Source: a virus (Duplodnaviria; Caudoviricetes). From it: a stretch of 46,635 nt of DNA. Below the pieces are notes generated by a model. The model ran no database searches, was not told where the DNA came from, and was given only the letters and a program-made list of their open reading frames with translations. The stretch lies in IMG/VR virus record IMGVR_UViG_3300032321_000180, positions 1 through 46,635 of that record. The stretch is one strand, 5' to 3'. This document shows, piece by piece, positions 26,161 to 34,883 of this stretch; the first letter of the stretch is position 1, and every line of letters starts with the position of its first letter. Both the position numbers and the translations under genes were made by a program.

Positions 26161-26390
26161 TGGCGCTGCTCAGGTATGCGATTGCGTATCGCGTCCCCTA
26201 GCTTCTCGATGTCCACGCACTCGTCGGCCAACTTGGCGCAGGCTTCCCGCTCAATCAGGATTGCCATGTGCGTTGCGTGCATGGCGTAGCCAAGGATTTC
26301 CTCCCTGACCTCTGCCAATGCCTTGTCAAACTCAAGCTGCGTGAACAGGGTCTTGCCCTGCGAAAAAATGTTCTTAGCAAACTGGTTCAT
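26157..26390 (-). CDS. Hypothetical protein
   Basis: Start MNQFAK; EREACAK..D...AIR.R. Confidence 0.6.
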   Translation of the reverse strand: MNQFAKNIFSQGKTLFTQLEFDKALAEVREEILGYAMHATHMAILIEREACAKLADECVDIEKLGDAIRNRIPEQRQ

Positions 26391-26623
26391 TTCCATTCTC
26401 CTTCGTTGCCTCGGTTGCCTTTGATCCATTGGTCTCGGACGTCTCTATCCAGATTGGATTTAGGGTGAATTTGGTTCCATCCTTTGACAGTCTTCCCAGT
26501 AATGTCACGGTAGCCGTCAAGGAATCGCACCGCAGCGTCACGATCTTGTATTCGGGTTTTGATAACCCACCGAACGAGACAGCGATGCCGATGCTCGTCC
26601 TCACCTTTCCCCTCCGCATTCAC
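26387..26623 (-). CDS. Hypothetical protein
   Basis: E.RHRC.VR.VI...QW.KGNRG..G.W. Confidence 0.65.
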   Translation of the reverse strand: MNAEGKGEDEHRHRCLVRWVIKTRIQDRDAAVRFLDGYRDITGKTVKGWNQIHPKSNLDRDVRDQWIKGNRGNEGEWK

Positions 26624-27063
26624 GCCTCCTCCTTCAAAGCCTGTTTGTACATCTGAATCTGGATCGACCGCATACGCTCACCGGCCAAATGCCGAAAGCG
26701 CAGCCGCTTGGCCCACGCCTTGGGATCGTTCTCAGACCGCTTCTCGGCCATCATGGGAGCGATCTTGGCTAACTCTGCGGCCACCCGCTCAGGATCAGCC
26801 GCCGGTTCAGGCAGCATCAACACCTCTGGCGCTGGAGCCATGCGGCACAGATTCTTGAACTGGATCACGTTGGGCACCCGCTCAGGCAGGTTGTCCAGCG
26901 CCCAGACGATGCGCTTCATGGTCTCCTTGTTTTGCAAGAAGCTGGAAAGCTCGTGCTGCCACATGGACTTGACATCCATGATCGGAGCCGCCCCAAAGGA
27001 GTTCTGCCAAGCCGACCCGTAGGTCAGGGCCAGCCGCTCAAACAGTCGATCAATTGCTACCAT
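26620..27063 (-). CDS. Putative helicase loader (lambda P-like position)
   Basis: Start MVAIDRLFERL..YG..W; P...P....F...CR motif; directly after the initiator. Confidence 0.6.
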   Translation of the reverse strand: MVAIDRLFERLALTYGSAWQNSFGAAPIMDVKSMWQHELSSFLQNKETMKRIVWALDNLPERVPNVIQFKNLCRMAPAPEVLMLPEPAADPERVAAELAKIAPMMAEKRSENDPKAWAKRLRFRHLAGERMRSIQIQMYKQALKEEA

Positions 27064-27772
27064 TTTGGATCTCCAGTGAGTTGACAAGAGTGACTGGCTT
27101 GCGGCCAACCATTTCATCGTACTGCTGCTGCTTGTACTCCCGCTCGGTCTCAGCAAAGCTCTTTGCAGGCGTTTTAAGGGTGTCCAGCACCCACGAAGCC
27201 TTAAACCCTACCCAACCCCTGCTGCAACAGGTCTCCAAGGCTTCCTGAAGGCTGTAGCCAGCTTTGTTGGCCTCTCGCTGGAGTCCCTTGATACCCGTCT
27301 CCGTGATGACTGCCTTCTTGGCTTTACGAAGCTGAACAAAATCTTCCCAGACTTTTTCAGAAACGCCGTCAGGCGCTTGTATTCTTTTATGGTTTATGGT
27401 TAATGGTTTATGGTTTATGGTTGGTTGAACGGTTGTTGGACGGACGTTGATTTTCTCGGCTGCACGCTTGGCAGCGGAGGCTTTTCCAGCCTTGGATGCG
27501 GTCTCCAACTTGCCCTTGAATGCCTCAATTTCGCGCTCACAGCGGCTGTGAAACCATCCGTCCTCGTCCTCTTGGAACATATCGACCAACACGGATTCAA
27601 CGACCGTTACATCCATCCGAATCCTACGGGCCACCCAATCAGTGTCCATAGGAATCTTCTGCTCCGTGTCGTAGTACATATCCAAGAGGCGTCTGTAGGC
27701 CAGATCCTCGTCGTTGGTCAAGTGGGCTGTCGCCGCTCTGTAGTCACCGATGTGGTGTTGGTAGTAATGCAT
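27050..27772 (-). CDS. Replication initiator, YdaU/DUF1376 family
   Basis: MHYYQHHIGDY...T.HL...E..AYRRLLD.YY..E; C-terminal W.DF...RK.KKA..T......GW.GFKA.W. Confidence 0.85.
   Translation of the reverse strand: MHYYQHHIGDYRAATAHLTNDEDLAYRRLLDMYYDTEQKIPMDTDWVARRIRMDVTVVESVLVDMFQEDEDGWFHSRCEREIEAFKGKLETASKAGKASAAKRAAEKINVRPTTVQPTINHKPLTINHKRIQAPDGVSEKVWEDFVQLRKAKKAVITETGIKGLQREANKAGYSLQEALETCCSRGWVGFKASWVLDTLKTPAKSFAETEREYKQQQYDEMVGRKPVTLVNSLEIQNGSN
27388..27422. repeat. 5 x 7-bp tandem repeat [T/A]ATGGTT inside the initiator gene (candidate ori)
   Basis: tatggtt tatggtt aatggtt tatggtt tatggtt. Confidence 0.75.
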
Positions 27773-27983
27773 TTTTCGCTGTCTTTCCAAAAATATCGGG
27801 CCGTAATTCAACCCTCTTCACTTTCCTGCCTGTGTGTGTTTCGATTGCCAGTGCCAGTTCGGGACTAGGCAGTTTGCGCCCCGTGCTGATCAATGAGAGC
27901 CACGTTTTGGAGATGCCTAGCTTGAGGGCAAAATCTCTCTGCGTGCCTCGCGGTTTACCAGTGAAATATTCGGTTAGGGTCAT
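27744..27983 (-). CDS. Cro/YdaS-like HTH transcriptional regulator
   Basis: TQRDFALKLGISKTWLS.I..GR..PSPELA..IE..TG..V...ELRPDIF. Confidence 0.88.
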   Translation of the reverse strand: MTLTEYFTGKPRGTQRDFALKLGISKTWLSLISTGRKLPSPELALAIETHTGRKVKRVELRPDIFGKTAKNALLPTPHR

Positions 27984-27989
27984 AAAGCT

Positions 27990-28100
27990 CCTGTTGTTGA
28001 GTTAACACGATGTTACACTAAAAAACACGATTGTTAAAAATTTTCTGTAATTTCTTGTTAAACGTGATATAGTCGCTCCAGTTTAACCTAAAAGTGAACG
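27990..28100. promoter_or_regulatory. Divergent promoter region with three 19-bp operators
   Basis: AT-rich; rightward TG-a-TATAGT extended -10; operators at 28000-28018, 28045-28063, 28081-28099. Confidence 0.7.
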
Positions 28101-28102
28101 AC

Positions 28103-28276
28103 ATGGAAAGCGAATTGCAACAGGCTATGGCCGAAAAGATGCTGATGCTTGCCCAAGCCCTTGATCGGGCGCAGGCGGGTGTCGCTACAGAGGGGGACTG
28201 GTGGGTGATCCGCGCAGAATGCGGCATCCCTTGTCCCATAGTGAAACTTGAAACTAGGAGTGAAAAATGGGTCTAA
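28103..28276 (+). CDS. Hypothetical protein
   Basis: First ORF of the rightward operon. Confidence 0.55.
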   Translation: MESELQQAMAEKMLMLAQALDRAQAGVATEGDWWVIRAECGIPCPIVKLETRSEKWV

Positions 28277-28926
28277 CAGTAAGTCAAACAGACGGTGGGG
28301 GCGGCTTTGCGCAAGTGCCTCCGGGGATGCACCTTGCTCGGTGCTACCGAATCGTGGACATGGGCACACAGCAGTCCACATGGCAGGGCAAAACCAAGTT
28401 CCAGCCAAAGGTGATGTTTCAATTTGAGGTACACAGCGAGGACGCCGATGGCAACCCGTTGCTTACCGAGAAGGGCGAACCCCTGTCAATCTCCAAGAAC
28501 TTTACGGCCAGCTTCTTTGACACAGCCAAGCTGCGTACCGAGTTGGAGAACTGGCGGTCACGCGCCTTCACCGAAGAAGAGTTGCGGGGCTTTCAGTTAA
28601 AGAACGTGCTGGGCGTATGGGCCATGCTGTCGGTGGTGCGGGAGAAGGGCCAAGACGGCAAGGACTACACGAACATCTCCAGCATCAACCCTGTGCCGTC
28701 CAACATCAAGCGTGCAGGTCTGCCTGCTGGGCACAACCCGCTCAAGGCGTTTGATCTGGATGAGCCAGACATGGAATTGTTTGAGACCTTCGGCCAGAAG
28801 ATGAAGGAGAAGATCCAAAATACTCCTGAGTGGAAGGCTGCACACTCTACCGCTCCAGAGCGCAAAGCCCCCAACCTAAATACTGGGTCTGGGTTCGATG
28901 ATATGGAAGATAGTATTCCCTTCTGA
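28267..28926 (+). CDS. Putative single-stranded DNA-binding protein
   Basis: P.G.H.ARCY..VD.GTQ; acidic C-terminal tail FDDMEDSIPF. Confidence 0.72.
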   Translation: MGLTVSQTDGGGGFAQVPPGMHLARCYRIVDMGTQQSTWQGKTKFQPKVMFQFEVHSEDADGNPLLTEKGEPLSISKNFTASFFDTAKLRTELENWRSRAFTEEELRGFQLKNVLGVWAMLSVVREKGQDGKDYTNISSINPVPSNIKRAGLPAGHNPLKAFDLDEPDMELFETFGQKMKEKIQNTPEWKAAHSTAPERKAPNLNTGSGFDDMEDSIPF

Positions 28927-28940
28927 GTAGGAGATCAGCT

Positions 28941-29285
28941 ATGGCAAAGCATCAGTTCGATTGGAAGACGCCTGATATTTTTGACGGCCATTTTGGCTCC
29001 CCTGCCAAATCCCATGCTCGAAGGAAAGACCCTATCACAAGCAAGTTGGCGGCAAAGTCCATCGACTCCAAGACGCTTGAGCTACGGGTCTACGATGTGA
29101 TCTGCAAGTTCCCTAATGGGTGCATTTCGGATGATGTGGTTCGCATGATCCCAGAGCATGGGGTGCAGACAATCTCGCCACGCTATGCCAAGCTGATCAA
29201 AAAAGGCTTTATTGAAGACACTGGAGAGCAACGCAAAGGTGCCGCTGGCAGGATGCAGCGGGTCATGCGGCGCAAAGTAGATTAA
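28941..29285 (+). CDS. Winged-helix DNA-binding protein
   Basis: AR..DP.TS..AA; ISPRYA.L..KG.I.DTGE.R....GR.Q.V. Confidence 0.65.
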   Translation: MAKHQFDWKTPDIFDGHFGSPAKSHARRKDPITSKLAAKSIDSKTLELRVYDVICKFPNGCISDDVVRMIPEHGVQTISPRYAKLIKKGFIEDTGEQRKGAAGRMQRVMRRKVD

Positions 29286-29286
29286 C

Positions 29287-29353
29287 GGGGGAAAGCGGAT
29301 GCTGGTGAAGTGTCACTGCAATGCGGCGGTCAGCCAGACGTAGCGAGTACCCC
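29287..29353 (+). ncRNA. Candidate structured RNA with loop-E-like motif
   Basis: GGGG-GAAA-GC...GC-GAGUA-CCCC closing, inner CUGG/CCAG and UGA/UCA stems; intergenic. Confidence 0.45.
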
Positions 29354-29370
29354 ACCCTTTAAGGATAGAT

Positions 29371-30141
29371 ATGAGTACAGTAATCAGAGCCAGCGAATCC
29401 AATCATTGGTACACTCGTGATGGCGTTCCACAATACACCGTGGAGGCCAAGAAGGGCGGACTACGCGCCACAACCCTTCGTGATGCCCGCACAATGAATC
29501 TGGTGCCCTCGGTCACCACCATTCTTGGCGTGGCAGCAAAGCCCGCTTTGTTAGCTTGGATGCAGCAGCAAGTGCTGATGGCCGCGCTGACATTGCCCAA
29601 AGTAGATAGCGAGACAGAAGAGCAATACATAGCCAGAATCATCCATGACTCGAAAGAGCAGGGGCGTGCGGCTGCGGACGCTGGAACAGACATCCATGCG
29701 TCCATACAAGGATTTTATGAAAACAGGCCCACAGGCAACCACAAAGCAAGCGTTTCAGCCTGCGTACAAGCGATCAACGACCACTTTGGTGACTGGGGCT
29801 GGGTATCGGAGCGTTCATTCGCACACGAACTCGGTTTTGGCGGTAAGTGCGACCTATATGTCCCTGCCGATGAACGAGGTGATGGCTTCGTCATTGACGT
29901 TAAAACGAAAGAATTCTCTGACCCCGCAAAGGTCGAGGGCTACGATGAGCATCTGATGCAGTTGGCGGCGTACCGTGTAGGGCTTGGATGCCCCAAGGCA
30001 CGCTGTGCAAATGTGTTTGTGAGTCGTAGCGTCCCCGGCCTCGTAGTGGTCAAAGAATGGTCATTGGAAGACATCGATCGGGGTTGGCCGATGTTCTCCC
30101 ACCTTCTATCCTTCTGGCAACTAAAGAACAAACACTCATGA
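29371..30141 (+). CDS. PD-(D/E)XK (Cas4/RecB-like) exonuclease
   Basis: PSVTTIL, GT.IH, SE..F....GFGGKCDL, IDVKT, QLAAY. Confidence 0.85.
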   Translation: MSTVIRASESNHWYTRDGVPQYTVEAKKGGLRATTLRDARTMNLVPSVTTILGVAAKPALLAWMQQQVLMAALTLPKVDSETEEQYIARIIHDSKEQGRAAADAGTDIHASIQGFYENRPTGNHKASVSACVQAINDHFGDWGWVSERSFAHELGFGGKCDLYVPADERGDGFVIDVKTKEFSDPAKVEGYDEHLMQLAAYRVGLGCPKARCANVFVSRSVPGLVVVKEWSLEDIDRGWPMFSHLLSFWQLKNKHS

Positions 30142-30362
30142 AATACCTAACCGAAGAAACTATCAAGCAGATTTTTTTCTACTGCGATGTCCATGAACCC
30201 GACGCCTTGATTGCAGACGAGGTAGACATCGTCCAGTTTTCCAACAAGCTGCTGGCTTACGCCCATCCTCACTTAGCCAAAGCGGAGCATGAGCGCTGCG
30301 TTGCTATCGTGGCCGAACTGAACCCTGAAGTCGCCAAGGTTTTAGAGAGACAGCGGCCATAA
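30138..30362 (+). CDS. Hypothetical protein
   Basis: Start MKYLTEE at 30138 (ATGA overlap). Confidence 0.6.
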   Translation: MKYLTEETIKQIFFYCDVHEPDALIADEVDIVQFSNKLLAYAHPHLAKAEHERCVAIVAELNPEVAKVLERQRP

Positions 30363-30388
30363 AAAAAGCCCCCGGAAATGGGGGCTAA
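30361..30388 (-). terminator. Terminator between convergent operons
   Basis: Minus strand AGCCCC...GGGGCT followed by a T-tract. Confidence 0.75.
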
Positions 30389-30399
30389 GTAGCAACTGC

Positions 30400-32058
30400 C
30401 TATTGAGCATAACCCATCGGGTCTGAATAATCCGATGGAACTTGATCAAACCGGCGCTGGACTCCTTGCTGCATCTCTTGCATTTTTTTCTCAGCGTAAG
30501 CACGAGCCGCTGGATCCCTGTACAAGTCAACTGCACTTGCACCAAGCATTAACGGCACTCCAAAGGGTGCTGTTGGCGGGAACATGGATAAAGCTCCACC
30601 AACGACACCAGCACCTTTGGTTGCCATCTTGATGTAGTCGCGTTGGTCGGGAGGCTTGTCGTACTCGTGAGCCATCTCGGCCACATCCAAGCCAGCAGAT
30701 AGACCAGCAAGGGGCGGCAAGGCGTACTTGCCAGCATACTTAGCCGTATCGGCCACAGGCTTCATCATTGACTTGAACAGGTTGGCAACCTCATCCAATC
30801 CTGCGGCAGTGCGCTGGGCCAGTGAAGGCGGCGCTGGCGGGGTTGGTTTTGGAATCTCAACCAAAGTGCCTTGAGGCGGTGGCGCTGCTGGGCCGCGCAT
30901 ATAAGGATCTACTGGAGCATCAGCGGCAGAAAGTGGCCCTTGCACTTTAAATGATGCCTTTGGGCCTTTGCCGCCACCTTGATCTGGCGTCATCAAGCCA
31001 CCGTACTGTGGGTTCTCAACAAACTGATTTGGCGCAATTTGGTTGACGCGATTTAATCCCTCGCGGCGTTGGGTGGACAAGTCGTGAGCGCCGCCTTCAT
31101 TCTTGGTCATATCCAAAGCGCGTGCCGCCTCAATATCTGTCAAGCCAGCATCCTTGGCGTAGTTGTAAACCCCAGCGCCAGTTTGGCCTTTTGCCATTCG
31201 ACCAGCATCTTTTGGCCCAACAGGGATGGGTTTGATCGGCTCTAACTTGGTTAAGGAGCTAGGCGGGGTAACGGATGGCGGCACGGTCTTGCCAGCTTTG
31301 GCCGATTCATTTACTGCCTGAACCGACAAACGAGCCTCTTCCTCCGCTTTAGCAATTTCTCCTGCCTTGCGTATGTCTCTTGCATCTTTTGCTTTAAAAA
31401 TGCCTTTTCCAAGCGGAACAGATGCCCCTATAGCGGTGCCAACCGAACCCGTTACAAAGCGTTCACCTTTGCTGGCACCAGAAGTGTCTGGAGGTTTTGG
31501 TGAAGGAGGTGACGCTGCAACTACAGTTGACCGTTCCGACTTGGCCTCTGTATCTTCTGCTGGTGCTTCAGAAGCCGTTGATGCGGGCGCTTCTGTATTG
31601 GCGGGAGTCTCATTAACCAAGCCATTGAATGCCCCATGCTTTTCAATGGCAGTAACGTAATCTTGCCCTAATGGATTTGCTTCTCCGCCATAGAACATTG
31701 GATCATCAATTCCACGGTTGTATCCGTAAGCAGTCAACTTGGGATTTTTTTTATTTAATTCCCAAGATTTTTTAAGATAAGCAACGCCAGCATCAATATT
31801 TCCTTGAGGAGTTTTTATGTCGGCAAGGCTGAAGCCCTCACCTTTCGCTGTATTAGGCTTGATCTGCATTAAACCAATCTCTCCCGCTGTGCCATTAGGA
31901 ACATTTGGATTAAGGCCGCTCTCTTGGTAAGCAATAGCTACGGCAAGTTTTGGAGGCACCCCAGCCCTTTCCGCCGCCTGTGCAACTTTAACGGCATAAA
32001 CAATTTGCTCGTGGCTAAGTCCGTTAAGAAATGCTAGTTCTGGTGGTTTTACTGACAT
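30400..32058 (-). CDS. Ejection/internal virion protein with N-terminal lytic transglycosylase (SLT) domain
   Basis: IAYQESG, GLMQI.P.TA, NIDAG..YL, YN.G motifs. Confidence 0.85.
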   Translation of the reverse strand: MSVKPPELAFLNGLSHEQIVYAVKVAQAAERAGVPPKLAVAIAYQESGLNPNVPNGTAGEIGLMQIKPNTAKGEGFSLADIKTPQGNIDAGVAYLKKSWELNKKNPKLTAYGYNRGIDDPMFYGGEANPLGQDYVTAIEKHGAFNGLVNETPANTEAPASTASEAPAEDTEAKSERSTVVAASPPSPKPPDTSGASKGERFVTGSVGTAIGASVPLGKGIFKAKDARDIRKAGEIAKAEEEARLSVQAVNESAKAGKTVPPSVTPPSSLTKLEPIKPIPVGPKDAGRMAKGQTGAGVYNYAKDAGLTDIEAARALDMTKNEGGAHDLSTQRREGLNRVNQIAPNQFVENPQYGGLMTPDQGGGKGPKASFKVQGPLSAADAPVDPYMRGPAAPPPQGTLVEIPKPTPPAPPSLAQRTAAGLDEVANLFKSMMKPVADTAKYAGKYALPPLAGLSAGLDVAEMAHEYDKPPDQRDYIKMATKGAGVVGGALSMFPPTAPFGVPLMLGASAVDLYRDPAARAYAEKKMQEMQQGVQRRFDQVPSDYSDPMGYAQ

Positions 32059-32068
32059 GGCTTAATCC

Positions 32069-33844
32069 TTATCCTAGTTTCTTTGCTGCGCCTTCAATGT
32101 CCCGTACTTTTTTTCCATCAGGGGACTTGGCTGGAGCAGCAGGAGCTTTAGCAGGCTCAGGGGAATTCATTTGTTTTTCACCGACAGCCATTCCAGTCAA
32201 GTCATCTAAATATTTGGAAAACATATCTTTGTACTTTTTTGACCGATAGAACGTCGATACGCTTCCTTTAAAGTCATCAAAAGCCTCATCCAAGTCTTGG
32301 TGGTACTGGGCTTTGCGTTCAAGCATATCTGCCTTGGCTCGTACAGTAAGAGGAATATCCTTGTCGGTTACGCCAGCCCTGCCCATCAATGCAGTCTCGT
32401 AATTGGATGTGCTGCCTTTTAGCAGCTTGCCTTTTGACAACTGCATATTTGCAATCAACATACCAAGCGTTTGAGCCTTTTGCATTTCCGTTGGGTCTAA
32501 ATTAAGATTTTTTACTATGTTAGAAATTTCTGGAATGCCAATACTAAATCCCGAAACACCAACTCCGCTTTCAACAAGGTTAACAATTGCCGAAAACACT
32601 TTATTGTTGCTAAACACACCCATGATTTTTTCAGCAGCAGGGTCACTAGCAAACTTTCTGAATTGGCGTGCCATCTCAATAGATTCTCTTGCCACATCAG
32701 CTTTTGTTTTAAACTCTGCTCTGCGCTCAGCTTCTTGTTTTGCAGCTTCTTCCTTGCCAACTTTTTCAACAGCTATGTTTGATGCAGCTTGTTGTTTGGC
32801 AATGTCAGCATTCAAATCAAGCTGTTTATCCAGCATAGCTTGATCTTCTTTACTTAAAATACCGTTTGGCCTTGTGGGTTTTGCAAGAATAGCGGAAATA
32901 TTGGATTGAGCTTCATCAGGTTTTTTTTCGAGGCCAGAAGGCTCAGCAACAGCGGCTGGGCTTATTACTTTTGGAATTTCAGGAGGCTGACTTTCTATCA
33001 CTTCTTTTGGCGCAGGCAGTGACATGATGCCCTTCTTGCCAAAAGCTATTTCTTCTATTAAGTCAGTAGACTCTCCAGCCTTGTACGCCTCTACCCATTG
33101 CTTTCCAAGCCCTTTGCTTGCAGACATTTTGTAATGGTCGTACTCTGCTGGCGTCATCGTGAGGGTGCCGCCAACGGTTGAGTATTCGTAAGGCTTTTGG
33201 TTTCGCATTGGCAAATCTACAAATGCGCCACGACCACCATCGGCCATAGTATCAAACACGCCTTGATCACTCATCAAGAAACGCCCCTGATACATTTTTG
33301 CAGCATCCATTAAGAAGCTGCCGTAATCTTTGTCTTTTGGAAACGCCTTTTTAAACTTTTCAGCCATTTCAAGGGTTATAGGCCTCATCCCAGCAGGGGC
33401 GCTGCCTTGTTGACCAGCAGGCCCATTTGCAGCAGGAGGCAAAGAAACCCCATCGGCAGGCAGTCCAGTTGGCCTTGCTTGTGCAGGGCCAGTCAGTTCG
33501 CCAAACATTGAGGCAGCGCGTTGGGCGTTCTGCTGCTCACGTTGCGCCTGTGCCATCGTAAGACCGGCCTGAGCCTCTTCAATGTCTTGTTGCCTGTTTA
33601 GCTGCTGCGCCTCTTGTGCGCCTTTGAGACCAGCGCCAAGTCCTTCGCCAAAGTTTCCTTTGGAAGATAGCATTGCCTGACTAAACGCCATCAGCGTTGG
33701 ATCGTAACCAAGATTTTGACGAGCCGCATATGCTTGCATTACCCTATCGGTAGCACGCTCAACGGCATCGTCTGTTTGACCCTCTTCAAGCCCGTAGGCT
33801 GGGGTCAGCTTTGGCAGACTGGATAAAGCACCTTTTGTAGCCAT
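32069..33844 (-). CDS. Putative ejection (internal virion) protein
   Basis: 591 aa, helical, located among the ejection genes. Confidence 0.6.
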   Translation of the reverse strand: MATKGALSSLPKLTPAYGLEEGQTDDAVERATDRVMQAYAARQNLGYDPTLMAFSQAMLSSKGNFGEGLGAGLKGAQEAQQLNRQQDIEEAQAGLTMAQAQREQQNAQRAASMFGELTGPAQARPTGLPADGVSLPPAANGPAGQQGSAPAGMRPITLEMAEKFKKAFPKDKDYGSFLMDAAKMYQGRFLMSDQGVFDTMADGGRGAFVDLPMRNQKPYEYSTVGGTLTMTPAEYDHYKMSASKGLGKQWVEAYKAGESTDLIEEIAFGKKGIMSLPAPKEVIESQPPEIPKVISPAAVAEPSGLEKKPDEAQSNISAILAKPTRPNGILSKEDQAMLDKQLDLNADIAKQQAASNIAVEKVGKEEAAKQEAERRAEFKTKADVARESIEMARQFRKFASDPAAEKIMGVFSNNKVFSAIVNLVESGVGVSGFSIGIPEISNIVKNLNLDPTEMQKAQTLGMLIANMQLSKGKLLKGSTSNYETALMGRAGVTDKDIPLTVRAKADMLERKAQYHQDLDEAFDDFKGSVSTFYRSKKYKDMFSKYLDDLTGMAVGEKQMNSPEPAKAPAAPAKSPDGKKVRDIEGAAKKLG

Positions 33845-33854
33845 GATTTATTCC

Positions 33855-34874
33855 TTATGGGTTTTCAACCCAGTTTCCGTCTGCATCCCAATACCCGCCA
33901 GTCGTTACTTCTCCACCAGATTGGTCATTTGGAGGGGTATATGGGGCAGTTGGCAAACTTTGATTAAGCAATCCTTTTGACTCATTCCAAAGTTTGGATA
34001 ACCAGTTTGGCGTTTCAGTAATTAAGCCAGTCTTCGGATCAGTTGTCTTGGTCGATCCAAGGCCAGCACCAATTGCAGTACCGATTCCAATAACTTGGTT
34101 AAGAGGCGACCCTTGGTAGTAGCTGCTGGTCAATGGGCCTGACTTTGTTGTCGTTGTGGAGCCGGGGGCTTGGTAGCCGCGCAACAACGCAGAGGCATTG
34201 GTGGCCGTCTTCAGGGGTGCATCAATCAGCGATTGCTGGTATGCCTGCTGCTCTGCGCCTGCTTTGGTCAACGCGCCAGCGCCAGTGAGGCCAAGCGATT
34301 GCTCCTTCTCGGCAAGGTTGCCTTGCAGTTGGCCCGCTTGGGTTTGCAGTTGTGCATTTTGCAACGCTTGATCAACAGAGGATTTGTACCCAGCAGACAA
34401 AGCGCCATACTGCTGACCAGTCAAGTTGGACTGTAGGTCAGACAGGGTTTGGCCCATTGCGTTTGCATAGCGCTGGCTACCAAGGCCACCAGAGCCGACA
34501 AAGCCAGCCTTGAGTTGCGGCATTAGGTTGCGCTGTACGTTTTGCTGCTGAAGACGCGCCATCTCATCCACCACGTTGGTGGTGTATGGGTTCATGAAAG
34601 CGCTGATCTGCGGGGCGGCACCAGCGGCAGCAGTAGAGGCGGTTTGCTCTGCCGCTGAAAGACCGGGCTGATAAGCTCCTGCCGCCGTAGGTACTTGTGC
34701 ATATCCCGTGTTTTGCATGGCCGTCAAAGGCGCAATCTGGTTGGGATTTGCCATTGCATTCATGCCAGCAGTAGACAATCCCGACATCAGGTTTGTGTAA
34801 TAGTCTGGCGATGTTGTCGCCGTAGTGTCCGTTGTCGTTACATTCGGATTTGCATAAACATCAAAAGCTGACAT
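33855..34874 (-). CDS. Putative DNA-transfer/ejection protein
   Basis: Gln/Ala/Gly-rich; FMNPY...V.D, GG.GSQR, L...GA.QQA..Q..ID. Confidence 0.65.
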   Translation of the reverse strand: MSAFDVYANPNVTTTDTTATTSPDYYTNLMSGLSTAGMNAMANPNQIAPLTAMQNTGYAQVPTAAGAYQPGLSAAEQTASTAAAGAAPQISAFMNPYTTNVVDEMARLQQQNVQRNLMPQLKAGFVGSGGLGSQRYANAMGQTLSDLQSNLTGQQYGALSAGYKSSVDQALQNAQLQTQAGQLQGNLAEKEQSLGLTGAGALTKAGAEQQAYQQSLIDAPLKTATNASALLRGYQAPGSTTTTKSGPLTSSYYQGSPLNQVIGIGTAIGAGLGSTKTTDPKTGLITETPNWLSKLWNESKGLLNQSLPTAPYTPPNDQSGGEVTTGGYWDADGNWVENP

Positions 34875-34883
34875 ATTTATCTC

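Noticed and set aside
29371-30141. Cas4 as evidence of a CRISPR-Cas system
   Set aside because: Generic phage PD-(D/E)XK exonuclease lacking the four-Cys Fe-S pattern, with no array or other cas genes.
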